Source: a virus (taxonomy: Duplodnaviria; Caudoviricetes). Taken from it: a stretch of 25,990 nucleotides of DNA. The first letter of the stretch is position 1. Every line of letters begins with the position of its first letter. A program made the translations under genes and the position numbers. This document shows positions 7,068 to 15,436 of this stretch, one piece after another. The stretch is taken from the IMG/VR virus record IMGVR_UViG_3300029224_000081, positions 1-25,990 of that record; one strand, written 5' to 3'. The notes below the pieces were generated by a model. The model had not been told where the DNA came from, did not search any database, and saw only the letters and a program-made list of their open reading frames with translations.

Positions 7068-8704
7068 ACGTCATTGTCACGGCTGCTGAATTCAAAAAAT
7101 CTCTCGAAGAAATGGCGGATATTTTCCGCAAGAAAATTGAACTGGAAGTTGAAGCCTTTGACGCTGATGATGATGCCCGCAAGGCACGGGTGGAAAAAGT
7201 CAAAGACCCTGTTCATGGCTATCGGTTTTTCTGTGAAACATACTTTCCGCACTATCTGACAAAAGGTCCGTCCGCACTTCACCTTGAGTTATTTGAGCGC
7301 CTGCCAAAAATGATTGCTGACCCACGCGGTATCAAGCTCAACCTTATCGCGCCGCGTGGTTCGGCCAAATCCACGCACATCGACCTTATGTTCCCGCTGT
7401 GGTGCACCGTTAACGGCTACAAGCATTACATCGGTTTGATAATGGATGCCTTCGAGCAAGCCGCTGTCATGATTGAAGCGCTTAAAGCTGAAATGGAAGT
7501 CAACCCGCGTCTGGCCTATGATTTTCCCGATATCATGGGCCAAGGTCGGACATGGCGCGAAGGCCTCATCATCACCCGCAACAATATCAAGATTGAGGGT
7601 TTTGGCACGGGAAAGAAAATACGCGGTCGCCGTCACGGTCCCTATCGTCCGGACCTGATCTTGATGGATGATATTGAAAACGACGAGGCGGTTAAAAGTC
7701 CAGAACAGCGCAAGAAGCTGGAGAACTGGATTTCCAAAGCGGTGCTGGAACTGGGGCCAACCGATGGCACCATGGATGTTCTGTTTGCGGGAACAATTTT
7801 GCATTTTGATGCGGTCATTGTCCGGTTCTCCAAAAAACCCGGCTGGCAGACTATCCACTTCCAGGCGATCATGAATTGGCCGGACCGTATGGACCTGTGG
7901 GACCGTTGGGAAGAAATTTATATCAACGAGGGCGAACCCGCTGCTGATATGTACTATGCTGAAAACAAAGCCACTATGGATGCCGGGGCAATCCTGAATT
8001 GGCCGGACAATCACACGCTGTTGTTCCTGATGAAAAAGCGCGCGGGCGAACATGCAGCTTTTGCATCAGAATATCAGAACAAGCCGATCAATGAGAATAA
8101 TGGCTTCCAAAACCTTACCTTCTGGGTACGACGCAAGCCCAACCTGATCCATTTTGGCGCGATTGATCCTTCTCTGGGCAAAAAATCAAAAGGTCGCGAT
8201 CCTTCGGCCATTCTGATTGCCGGTGTTGATCCTGTCACCAAGGAGCTGGATATTCTGGAAGCCCGCATCAGAAGACGCCTGCCCGATATCATCATATCAG
8301 ACACCATCGCCTTGCAACGCGAATACCAATGTGTCCTGTGGTTCGTCGAGGCGGTGCAGTTTCAGGAGTTCCTGCGCACAACATTGATGGCGACAGCTGC
8401 CAGCCAGGGCGTTGCTTTGCCCGCCATCCCGGTCATTCCGTTTGCTGACAAGCACTTGAGAATTGAGCGATTGCAACCGCCCACGGCCAGCGGTCTTATC
8501 CGGTTCCATAAAGGCCAATCTACGCTTATTGACCAGTTGCAGCAATTCCCGGATGCCGATCATGATGACGGCCCGGACTGTCTCGAAATGCTGTGGGAAA
8601 ATGCACTCAAATACAGCCGGGGCGGGGCTGCTGACATTGGCGGCATTCAAAGTGCCCCGTCCAACCTTGGCGGTGGTTTGAGCGATTACAGGCTAGGAGG
8701 TTAG
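7064..8704 (+). CDS. terminase large subunit
   Basis: YFPHY, Walker A APRGSAKST, IRGRRHGPYRPD, Walker B LILMDDIEN, nuclease AIDPS and HDDGPDCL. Confidence 0.95.
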   Translation: MNVIVTAAEFKKSLEEMADIFRKKIELEVEAFDADDDARKARVEKVKDPVHGYRFFCETYFPHYLTKGPSALHLELFERLPKMIADPRGIKLNLIAPRGSAKSTHIDLMFPLWCTVNGYKHYIGLIMDAFEQAAVMIEALKAEMEVNPRLAYDFPDIMGQGRTWREGLIITRNNIKIEGFGTGKKIRGRRHGPYRPDLILMDDIENDEAVKSPEQRKKLENWISKAVLELGPTDGTMDVLFAGTILHFDAVIVRFSKKPGWQTIHFQAIMNWPDRMDLWDRWEEIYINEGEPAADMYYAENKATMDAGAILNWPDNHTLLFLMKKRAGEHAAFASEYQNKPINENNGFQNLTFWVRRKPNLIHFGAIDPSLGKKSKGRDPSAILIAGVDPVTKELDILEARIRRRLPDIIISDTIALQREYQCVLWFVEAVQFQEFLRTTLMATAASQGVALPAIPVIPFADKHLRIERLQPPTASGLIRFHKGQSTLIDQLQQFPDADHDDGPDCLEMLWENALKYSRGGAADIGGIQSAPSNLGGGLSDYRLGG

Positions 8705-8708
8705 CGCC

Positions 8709-10064
8709 ATGGAAGAAGTATCAAATCAAGAGCGCAAGAACCTGAAGAAAGATGCCGGAAGGCTCATTGCCAGTGCCCGCAATGATGTCACCATCCCCCA
8801 CTTCAATGATGTGTTTTTCAACACAGACCCGACCATATTATCGCGTGGCGGTGGCAAAGGTCTTGAAATCTATGAAGAGATCGAACGCGACACCGAAGCC
8901 TATGCATTGTTACAAAAGCGCAAATCCACTCTCATAGAGCGTGATTGGGAAGTCGTGGCCGGAGGCGACAGTGCCCGAGATCTCGAAGCGGCGGAATTTG
9001 TCACCCAGCAATTCAAACAAATCCCTTTTGAAAGAATGTGCGAGAACCTTCTGGATGCGACCTTGAAAGGCTATTCGATTATTGAGATCGTCTGGCAGCG
9101 GTTCGAGAACAGGATAATTCCAAAGAAAATCGTATCGCAAGAACAACGCCGCTTTGTGTTTGATGAACACTGGCAGCCGCGCCTTTTGACATGGACAAGC
9201 ATGTTCAAGGGCGAAGAATTGCCCGCCCGCAAATTCATGGTTCATCGCTTTGGCGTTAAAGGCAATCGCCCCTACGGTCTGGGCATGGGCACCCGGCTGT
9301 TTTTCCCGGTTATGTTTAAACGCGAAGGTATAGCCTTCTGGTTGAAGTTTCTGGAGAAATTTGCCAGCCCCACTGTCGTCGGCAAAACACCGTATGGCAC
9401 GTTAGAGGGCGATCAGCGCAAATTGTTAGACACTCTCCAGCGTTTTCATTCGGATGGTGCGATCACGGTTCCGCTGGACGTTGAAGTTGCTCTGCTGGAA
9501 GCCACACGAAGCGGATCAATGTCCGGTTTTGAATGGTGTAACTACTGGGATAAGCAGATGTCTATCTGTATTCTCGGTGAAACCCTGACCACGGATATTG
9601 GCTCTGTCGGCTCTTTGGCCGCCGCACAGGTTCATTCCGGCGTTCTCGACAAACTGGTTGATAGCGACAGTGATTTACTGTCAGACACGCTTTATGAACA
9701 ACTCATCACGTGGATGATAGAATATAATTATCCCGGAGCCGCCGTGCCACGGGTTGTTCGTCGCCGCCCCAAAAATGAAAAAGCAGAAGCGGAAACCAAC
9801 CAGGCCAAGGCCGAAGCCTCGCTATCGCACAATGAGGCACTTCAAGCCAAAATGGCATTCATCTCAATTATCAACAATGATGAAACCGCCACATCCATAT
9901 TGATGGCATCCGGTCTGGTCGATGGGCTTGAACCTGAAGTGGTGGCAGAACTTGTCAATATCCGGTCTGAATTCAAAGCCCAGGCACCGGCTGCAATTGA
10001 TATCCCGGCCCTGGACGACGACACCGCCGCCTTTGCAGCCTACAGGCTTAAAAAAAAACATTAG
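8709..10064 (+). CDS. portal protein, DUF935 / Mu gp29 family
   Basis: LLDATLKGYS..EIVW, PYGLG, FWLKFLEKFASP, ILGETLTT, GSLAAAQVH; AGGAGG RBS; ends just after an A9 run. Confidence 0.93.
   Translation: MEEVSNQERKNLKKDAGRLIASARNDVTIPHFNDVFFNTDPTILSRGGGKGLEIYEEIERDTEAYALLQKRKSTLIERDWEVVAGGDSARDLEAAEFVTQQFKQIPFERMCENLLDATLKGYSIIEIVWQRFENRIIPKKIVSQEQRRFVFDEHWQPRLLTWTSMFKGEELPARKFMVHRFGVKGNRPYGLGMGTRLFFPVMFKREGIAFWLKFLEKFASPTVVGKTPYGTLEGDQRKLLDTLQRFHSDGAITVPLDVEVALLEATRSGSMSGFEWCNYWDKQMSICILGETLTTDIGSVGSLAAAQVHSGVLDKLVDSDSDLLSDTLYEQLITWMIEYNYPGAAVPRVVRRRPKNEKAEAETNQAKAEASLSHNEALQAKMAFISIINNDETATSILMASGLVDGLEPEVVAELVNIRSEFKAQAPAAIDIPALDDDTAAFAAYRLKKKH
10050..10058 (+). other. A9 slippery run, candidate -1 recoding site joining portal to MuF
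   Basis: The -1 frame opens right after TAA 10049-10051 and runs without a stop into ORF 10151..11617. Confidence 0.55.
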
Positions 10065-10150
10065 CATTTTCTGAAACAGACAATAAAGATGCCGTTGATG
10101 ATCTGGCCAGTGAAGCTCTGATCGGCTCACAAGCCTATTTCAAATCCCGC

Positions 10151-11617
10151 ATGGATGATTTGCGTATCGCCGTTGAGCAAGCCGCCAGTTATGACGATGC
10201 TGCAGCGTTCGCCATCATCAAGGGGGCTACGTGGGCCAGCGATGCCTTGGGCGATTACCTTGCCGATGGTTTGCTTCTGGCAGCCCTCATGGGTCGAGAT
10301 GCGGTCTTTGGCGAAATGGCAGGTGGATCCGACACCGATCTTTTTGCCGATGACACCGCGTTCGGCCAGACCTTCAAAAAGCAGATTGAATTTCTTGAAC
10401 AAAAGCAGGTCAAACCAACCAAACGCTGGACCGATGTCTTGCGTGGCGATCATGACCGCGCTTTTGTCGTCGCCGGGGCAACTGATCTCGACATGCTCAA
10501 GGACTTTCAAAATTCGCTGGTAAAATCACGCACAGACGGCACCTTGTTCAAAGATTTCCAAAAGGATTTTGACCGGATTGTCGAAAAATACGGCTGGGAG
10601 TTTAACGGTGACCGCACGTGGCGGGCACGTACAATCTTTGAAACCAACATGCGCACGTCGTATATGGCGGGTCGCCTGGCCCAGATGCGTGATCCCGACG
10701 TGGTCAAAGCCCGGCCCTTCTGGCAATACCGTCACGGGGTGACGCGTACACCCAAACGGCCCAGACCCGCTCATCTGGGCTGGCACGGCCTGACCTTGCC
10801 CTGGGATGATCCCACGTGGCAAACGATATTCGCGCCCAACGGCTGGAAATGTTCATGTGCAATCGTGACATTATCTGCCCGTGATATGGAACGCGAAGGC
10901 AGAAGCAGCCCGGACAAGCCGCCTGTTTTAGAAACTGAAAGATATTTCGACCGCTCGTCAGGTGAATTTGTCGATAAAGTCAAAGATATCGATTATGGTT
11001 TCGAGTACATGCCCGGTGATTTGTGGGAGCGTGGCCTTGTGCCATCTGAACTCATACGCGAAGCCGGTGTCATTTCGCGGACAACCGGTCTCATCGTCGA
11101 AATTGATAAACCGCGTGGCATTGCTGAATTGATAGAAGATGCTGTCGCCTTCAAATCGAAACCTTTGAAAAAGGACAAATCCGACAACACCTATATTGAT
11201 GCCTTCCTGAAACCGTTTGGTGCGACGCGAACAAAGGCTGTCCGGTTTGTCGATAAATCCGGCACATCCATTCCCATTTCAGCTGAGCTATTCAAAGACC
11301 GCTCCGGCACGGTCAAGGTTAAAAAGCGTGGCCGGGAAATCTATACGGCAATGATCGCTGAAGCCATCCGCGATCCTGATGAAATCTGGCTGGGCGTGCG
11401 CGGTTTGAAATTGCCGGATAGTGAGGCTGTTGAATACATTATCGACCGCCGCTACATTCGCGTCGATCCCGATACCGGTATTATCATCGTGTTTCAGATG
11501 GGAGAAAACGGCTGGGAAGCTGTCACAGCCTTTCAACCCAATGCCAAGGGCAAGACAAGTTTCGGCGCGCTGGACGGGCGGCGCGGCGGCAAGCTGATCT
11601 ATGAGAGAAAAAAATAA
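10151..11617 (+). CDS. MuF (Mu gp30) minor head protein with C-terminal PBECR2-like nuclease domain; frame open from 10052
   Basis: HDRAFVVAGA, IFETNMRTSYMAGR, PRPAH..WHG, PNGWKCSC; C-terminal KRGRE..AEAIRDPDEIW..RRYI..VTAF..RRGGKLIYER. Confidence 0.88.
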   Translation: MDDLRIAVEQAASYDDAAAFAIIKGATWASDALGDYLADGLLLAALMGRDAVFGEMAGGSDTDLFADDTAFGQTFKKQIEFLEQKQVKPTKRWTDVLRGDHDRAFVVAGATDLDMLKDFQNSLVKSRTDGTLFKDFQKDFDRIVEKYGWEFNGDRTWRARTIFETNMRTSYMAGRLAQMRDPDVVKARPFWQYRHGVTRTPKRPRPAHLGWHGLTLPWDDPTWQTIFAPNGWKCSCAIVTLSARDMEREGRSSPDKPPVLETERYFDRSSGEFVDKVKDIDYGFEYMPGDLWERGLVPSELIREAGVISRTTGLIVEIDKPRGIAELIEDAVAFKSKPLKKDKSDNTYIDAFLKPFGATRTKAVRFVDKSGTSIPISAELFKDRSGTVKVKKRGREIYTAMIAEAIRDPDEIWLGVRGLKLPDSEAVEYIIDRRYIRVDPDTGIIIVFQMGENGWEAVTAFQPNAKGKTSFGALDGRRGGKLIYERKK

Positions 11618-11644
11618 GCGGGTCGATATGCCCAACCCGCTTTT
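11608..11644 (-). terminator. intrinsic terminator, probably bidirectional, stronger on the minus strand
   Basis: AAGCGGGT/ACCCGCTT stem; the minus strand gains a G-U extension and a TTATTTTTTT tail; the plus strand has TTTT. Confidence 0.75.
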
Positions 11645-11685
11645 GTGCTGACTGCCAGGACCGGCAATGGTCATCGTCTCACACA
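11608..11685 (-). ncRNA. candidate small structured RNA convergent with the MuF-nuclease gene
   Basis: Bounded by a TTGTTT-17-TATATT promoter and a terminator; internal hairpin ATTGCCG-gtcc-TGGCAGT whose G-U pairs form only on this strand. Confidence 0.55.
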
Positions 11686-11690
11686 CGTTC

Positions 11691-11719
11691 AATATAATAG
11701 ATAAGAGGTAAAAAAACAA
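11691..11719 (-). promoter_or_regulatory. sigma70-type promoter for the candidate small RNA
   Basis: On the minus strand, TTGTTT (11719-11714), 17 bp spacer, TATATT (11696-11691). Confidence 0.55.
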
Positions 11720-12174
11720 TGGCCGGATTGAGTTTGAAAGTAACGATCAAGGACAAGGATATTTCCCGCAAGCTGGATCGGGCGCTTGAAAAAATTGAAA
11801 ACCCGGTAGCATTTTACAAAAACGTTGGCGAACATGTGATCAAAACCACTGTTGAGCGTATTGCCGATGAACAAACACCCGATGGTCAGGCATGGCAACG
11901 CCTGTCACCGGTCACGCTGGCCGCGCGCGCCAAACGCGGAACCGGTTCAACCATCTATCGTGAATATGGCGATTTCATCGGAACGATCAATTATGAAGCC
12001 AGCGATGATAATTTGATCTGGGGGTCGCCGGATGTGCGCGCCCGGATTTTCCAACTTGGCGGAAAAGCCGGGCGCGGTCAGTCTGTGACATTGCCAGCAC
12101 GCGAATATCTTGGCCTGTCTCCACAGGATGAAACCATCATTCTGGAAATGGCAGAAGATCATGTGGGCCTGTAA
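11719..12174 (+). CDS. virion morphogenesis protein (Mu G/gp31, phage tail S family)
   Basis: EQTPDGQAWQRLSP.T, ARIFQLGG.AGR, LPAREYLGLS..D; GAGGT RBS. Confidence 0.9.
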   Translation: MAGLSLKVTIKDKDISRKLDRALEKIENPVAFYKNVGEHVIKTTVERIADEQTPDGQAWQRLSPVTLAARAKRGTGSTIYREYGDFIGTINYEASDDNLIWGSPDVRARIFQLGGKAGRGQSVTLPAREYLGLSPQDETIILEMAEDHVGL

Positions 12175-12271
12175 AAAACTGTTTTTGACACCGGAAACAT
12201 CAATTTAAAAAAATTGCGCGAGAAGGCAATTTTAGGGGGTCTCTGGTGTATGGGTAGCCTGAAGGTCGCTC

Positions 12272-12293
12272 ACCCCCCGTTAACCCCCCGTTA
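12272..12293. repeat. tandem 11-bp repeat ACCCCCCGTTA x2 in the G-I intergenic region
   Basis: Exact copies at 12272-12282 and 12283-12293. Confidence 0.8.
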
Positions 12294-12413
12294 GAATCGC
12301 ATAGAAGCCTAATGCAGTGCCCCGACCTGCCTTGACTGTGCATTCATATCTTGAAATCGCAGCTGAATGCCTGCATCATGGGTTTTTCCAAAAATCAATA
12401 AATATGCAATTGA

Positions 12414-12436
12414 GCGGAACTCTTCCGGTCTCATAA
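12414..12436 (+). promoter_or_regulatory. putative late activator site (PI-like)
   Basis: GCGGAACTCTTCCGGTCTCATAA, 22/23 identical to 24202-24224. Confidence 0.65.
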
Positions 12437-12495
12437 TGCTGGCCCGTGTGGTTGTGTGCATTCACAGAAATCAAACTGAGAAAGCATACAGACGG

Positions 12496-13629
12496 ATGGC
12501 CAAGGAGAAGAAAAATGCTCGCATAGAAGTTTTTCGCGTTGGTACTTTCACGCCCATGGGCGGATCACCGCTGGCTTTTGCGGCGGCTGATCTGAAAGCC
12601 ATTGCTGACGCATATGACCCTTTGACGTCGCCCGCCCCTATGGTGGTCGGTCATCCAAAAACAGATGATCCGGCATATGGCTGGGCAGAATGTTTTTCTT
12701 TCGATGAGGAAAGCGACATTCTTTCTGCTGATCTCACAGACATTGAACCCAGCTTCGCGGTAGCGGTTCAAAAAGGGCACTACAAGAAAGTGTCACTGTC
12801 GTTTTTCTCCCCCACATCGCCAAGCAATCCAAAGCCCGGATCGTACTACCCGAAACATATCGGTTTCTTAGGCGCTGTCCCGCCAGCGGTTGCCGGTCTC
12901 AAGCCGGTCTCGTTTGCTGACAGCAATGATGACGAAATCCTCACATTTGAAGGCGCGATTGATTTTGGCACCTTTGATGCTGAAAACGTCGGCAGCATCT
13001 TTCGCGGTATTCGCGATTGGCTGATTGAGGAAAAGGGTAAAGAAAAAGCCGACGAAATTATTCCCTCCTGGCGCATCGACTGGGTCAATGATCTCGAACT
13101 CAAGACAGATGATCCAGACAGTTTTGCTGCCCCACTTCAAAAATCGAAAAAGGATAAGTCCATGTCAGACAAGGACACCGCTGCTTTTGCTGCCCGTGAT
13201 GAAAAATTGAAGGTGCGCGAAGCTGCACAAGACAAACGTGAGGTCGAAGCTGCCCACGCCGACAATGTTTCATTTGCGGAAGGTCTTGTTACAGCTGAAA
13301 AGCTTATTCCCGCCAATCAGGAGAAAGTTGTCGCCCTTCTGGATGCTGTCATTGCCACTGATGCACCTGTGTCTTTTGCGGGCACAGAAGAAAAAGTGCC
13401 CGTTGGCCAGGCCATCCGCGACCTTCTGACAAGCCAGCCGAAAGTCGTCTCCTTTGGTGACTTCGATATGGGTGATGACCCTGAAGCGGGCAATGTTGCC
13501 AGTTTTGCAACCCCAGAAGGTGCCCGCGTTGATAGTGGCGAAATGGCCCTTCATGCCAAAGCCATCAATTATCAGGCCGCACATCCCGGCACAGACTTCC
13601 TCACAGCCGTTCAAGCGGTTGGCGGATAA
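12496..13629 (+). CDS. prohead protease/scaffold (Mu I, gp32-like)
   Basis: IEVFRVG.F, AYDP....AP.VVGHP, PAYGW, YKKVSLSF, HIGFLGA.PPAV.GL. Confidence 0.9.
   Translation: MAKEKKNARIEVFRVGTFTPMGGSPLAFAAADLKAIADAYDPLTSPAPMVVGHPKTDDPAYGWAECFSFDEESDILSADLTDIEPSFAVAVQKGHYKKVSLSFFSPTSPSNPKPGSYYPKHIGFLGAVPPAVAGLKPVSFADSNDDEILTFEGAIDFGTFDAENVGSIFRGIRDWLIEEKGKEKADEIIPSWRIDWVNDLELKTDDPDSFAAPLQKSKKDKSMSDKDTAAFAARDEKLKVREAAQDKREVEAAHADNVSFAEGLVTAEKLIPANQEKVVALLDAVIATDAPVSFAGTEEKVPVGQAIRDLLTSQPKVVSFGDFDMGDDPEAGNVASFATPEGARVDSGEMALHAKAINYQAAHPGTDFLTAVQAVGG
13162..13629 (+). CDS. nested in-frame scaffold protein (Mu Z-like)
   Basis: Internal ATG 13162 with an AAGGA RBS after an A-rich linker, in frame with the protease. 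Confidence 0.65.
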   Translation: MSDKDTAAFAARDEKLKVREAAQDKREVEAAHADNVSFAEGLVTAEKLIPANQEKVVALLDAVIATDAPVSFAGTEEKVPVGQAIRDLLTSQPKVVSFGDFDMGDDPEAGNVASFATPEGARVDSGEMALHAKAINYQAAHPGTDFLTAVQAVGG

Positions 13630-13645
13630 TTAAAGGACACCAGCC

Positions 13646-13984
13646 ATGTTTAAATCCACCGTTCCCATCCTCACATCCACCATCATTGCTGCAGCCCCTA
13701 TTGCTGAAGATCAGCTTATCGGTTTTGACAACCAGCCAGCAGCTGCAGACGCGCCAGTTAAAGGTGTCGCCCACAATGATGCTGCAACCGGTGAAGCCGT
13801 CAGCATCCTGCATATTGGTTTGCGTGATCTTGTGGCGGCGGCGGCCATTTCGAGTGGTGATCTGGTGAAATCTGATGCCAACGGCAACCCGATCACTCAC
13901 GGCGGTGTCGGCGCATCATTTGGCCGCGCTCTTGACGATGCCGCCCAGGGCGACCGTATCCAACTTCTTATCAACGTCACTTAG
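13646..13984 (+). CDS. DUF2190 family capsid cement/decoration protein
   Basis: Ala/Gly-rich; GVA..DAA.GEAV, AAI..GDLV.SDANG, GRAL..A..GD.I; sits before the capsid gene. Confidence 0.85.
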   Translation: MFKSTVPILTSTIIAAAPIAEDQLIGFDNQPAAADAPVKGVAHNDAATGEAVSILHIGLRDLVAAAAISSGDLVKSDANGNPITHGGVGASFGRALDDAAQGDRIQLLINVT

Positions 13985-14001
13985 CCAGAAGGTTCTTATC
14001 T

Positions 14002-14952
14002 ATGACCGGAAAAACAATGAACAGCGGACAAGCTCAAGTCATCAGCCCGATACTGACGACACAGGCGCGCGGTTATACCAATTCTGAATTTGTCGGGCTT
14101 AGCCTCCTGCCCTGGGCGGATATTCCAAATCGCTCCATGAAGGTTATCAACTTCGGCAAAGATGCCTTTCGCAAATACATGAAAACCCGACGTGCGCCGG
14201 GCGGTTCAATTCCGCGACTGAATTTTGGTTATGCATCCGATCCCGTCTCTCTTTATCAAGAAGCGCTTGCCGGGACGGTTCCGGTTGAGACAGCTGAAGA
14301 TGCAAACCGGGTGCCGGGCATTGATGTGGCAGCCGTCGCGGTTCAAGGTGTCCAGGACATAATTGCGCTTGGCCGCGAAGCACAGATTGCAGCACAGGTT
14401 CTCGATCCTGCAAATTACAATGCCAACAACAAATTGGCACTGGCCGGTACTGATAAATGGACAGACCCGGCTTCCGATCCCTTGAGCGATGTTACGGCAG
14501 GGCGCGAAGCCATTCGCCGGATGATAGGCCGTTACCCCAATGTCATGGAGCTTTCAGCCACGGCACTAAACGCCTGTAAAAATCATCCAACCATTAAAGG
14601 GCAATTCAAATACACCAGTTCACAAAGCATCACCACTGACATGCTGGCCGGGTATTTTGAAGTTGCCGAAATAATCGTCGGTGCAGCGGTATACCTGCCC
14701 GATGGTGCAGACGATGATGCCCCCGGCCTGGACGTTTGGGGCAATGATGTTGTTCTGGCCTATGTACCCAAAGGCGGTCAATACCGTGTCCCGGCATTTG
14801 GCTACACATACCGCCTTTCCGGATATCCGATGGTTGAGCAGCCCTGGTATGACCCCGACACGCGCTCATGGGTCTACCCGACCTTTGAAGAGTTCCGGCC
14901 TTACCTCGTAGGCGCTGAGGGCGGGTTTCTCATTCAGGGCGCGGGAGGCTGA
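14002..14952 (+). CDS. major capsid protein
   Basis: PILT..ARGY.N..FVG, T.RAPG, KW.D..SDP, PAFGYTY.L.G.P; 316 aa, after protease and cement. Confidence 0.9.
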   Translation: MTGKTMNSGQAQVISPILTTQARGYTNSEFVGLSLLPWADIPNRSMKVINFGKDAFRKYMKTRRAPGGSIPRLNFGYASDPVSLYQEALAGTVPVETAEDANRVPGIDVAAVAVQGVQDIIALGREAQIAAQVLDPANYNANNKLALAGTDKWTDPASDPLSDVTAGREAIRRMIGRYPNVMELSATALNACKNHPTIKGQFKYTSSQSITTDMLAGYFEVAEIIVGAAVYLPDGADDDAPGLDVWGNDVVLAYVPKGGQYRVPAFGYTYRLSGYPMVEQPWYDPDTRSWVYPTFEEFRPYLVGAEGGFLIQGAGG

Positions 14953-14955
14953 ACA

Positions 14956-15282
14956 ATGATTAATGTCACTCTTATCTCACCCGCGAAATTCGACGGCAAA
15001 ATCCATAAAGCTGGATGGTCAGGCGAAGTGTCTGAAGGCATTTTCAACGACCTTGAACAGCTTGGCGCGATAGCATCGGATGGCGGTGCTGCCCAGCCCA
15101 CGCCGGAATTGACACCTGAAGAACGCGCCGACGAAATCGCCAGCGCTGTGAAGGCAGCGGTTCTCCAAAACCCAGAGCGCAAAAATCAACCAACTGTTTC
15201 GTCGGTTGAAGACATGAGCGACTTGAAAGATATCAAGGCCGCTGAGATCAAAATCGCATTTGAAGTTTTGAGCAAAAAATAA
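14956..15282 (+). CDS. hypothetical head-region protein
   Basis: GGAGG RBS; position of Mu gp35-like genes. Confidence 0.75.
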   Translation: MINVTLISPAKFDGKIHKAGWSGEVSEGIFNDLEQLGAIASDGGAAQPTPELTPEERADEIASAVKAAVLQNPERKNQPTVSSVEDMSDLKDIKAAEIKIAFEVLSKK

Positions 15283-15436
15283 ACCAGAGAGGGCGGCGGT
15301 TGTTCGCCTTGGGTAAGAAGGTCTTGCCCCGCCGCCCATGGTTTTCAACGTCACAAAGTATTTGGCCGGCAAGTCACGGATATCTTGCCTGCCGCCCGCA
15401 GGTTTCACGCCAAAATGGCGTTAGAGGAAAGAGTGA

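Noticed and set aside
11288-11719. 143-aa minus-strand ORF as a protein immunity gene for the MuF nuclease
   Set aside because: Mostly antisense to the nuclease domain, crosses a terminator, and starts at the -35 box; a small RNA explains the region better. A short peptide cannot be fully excluded.
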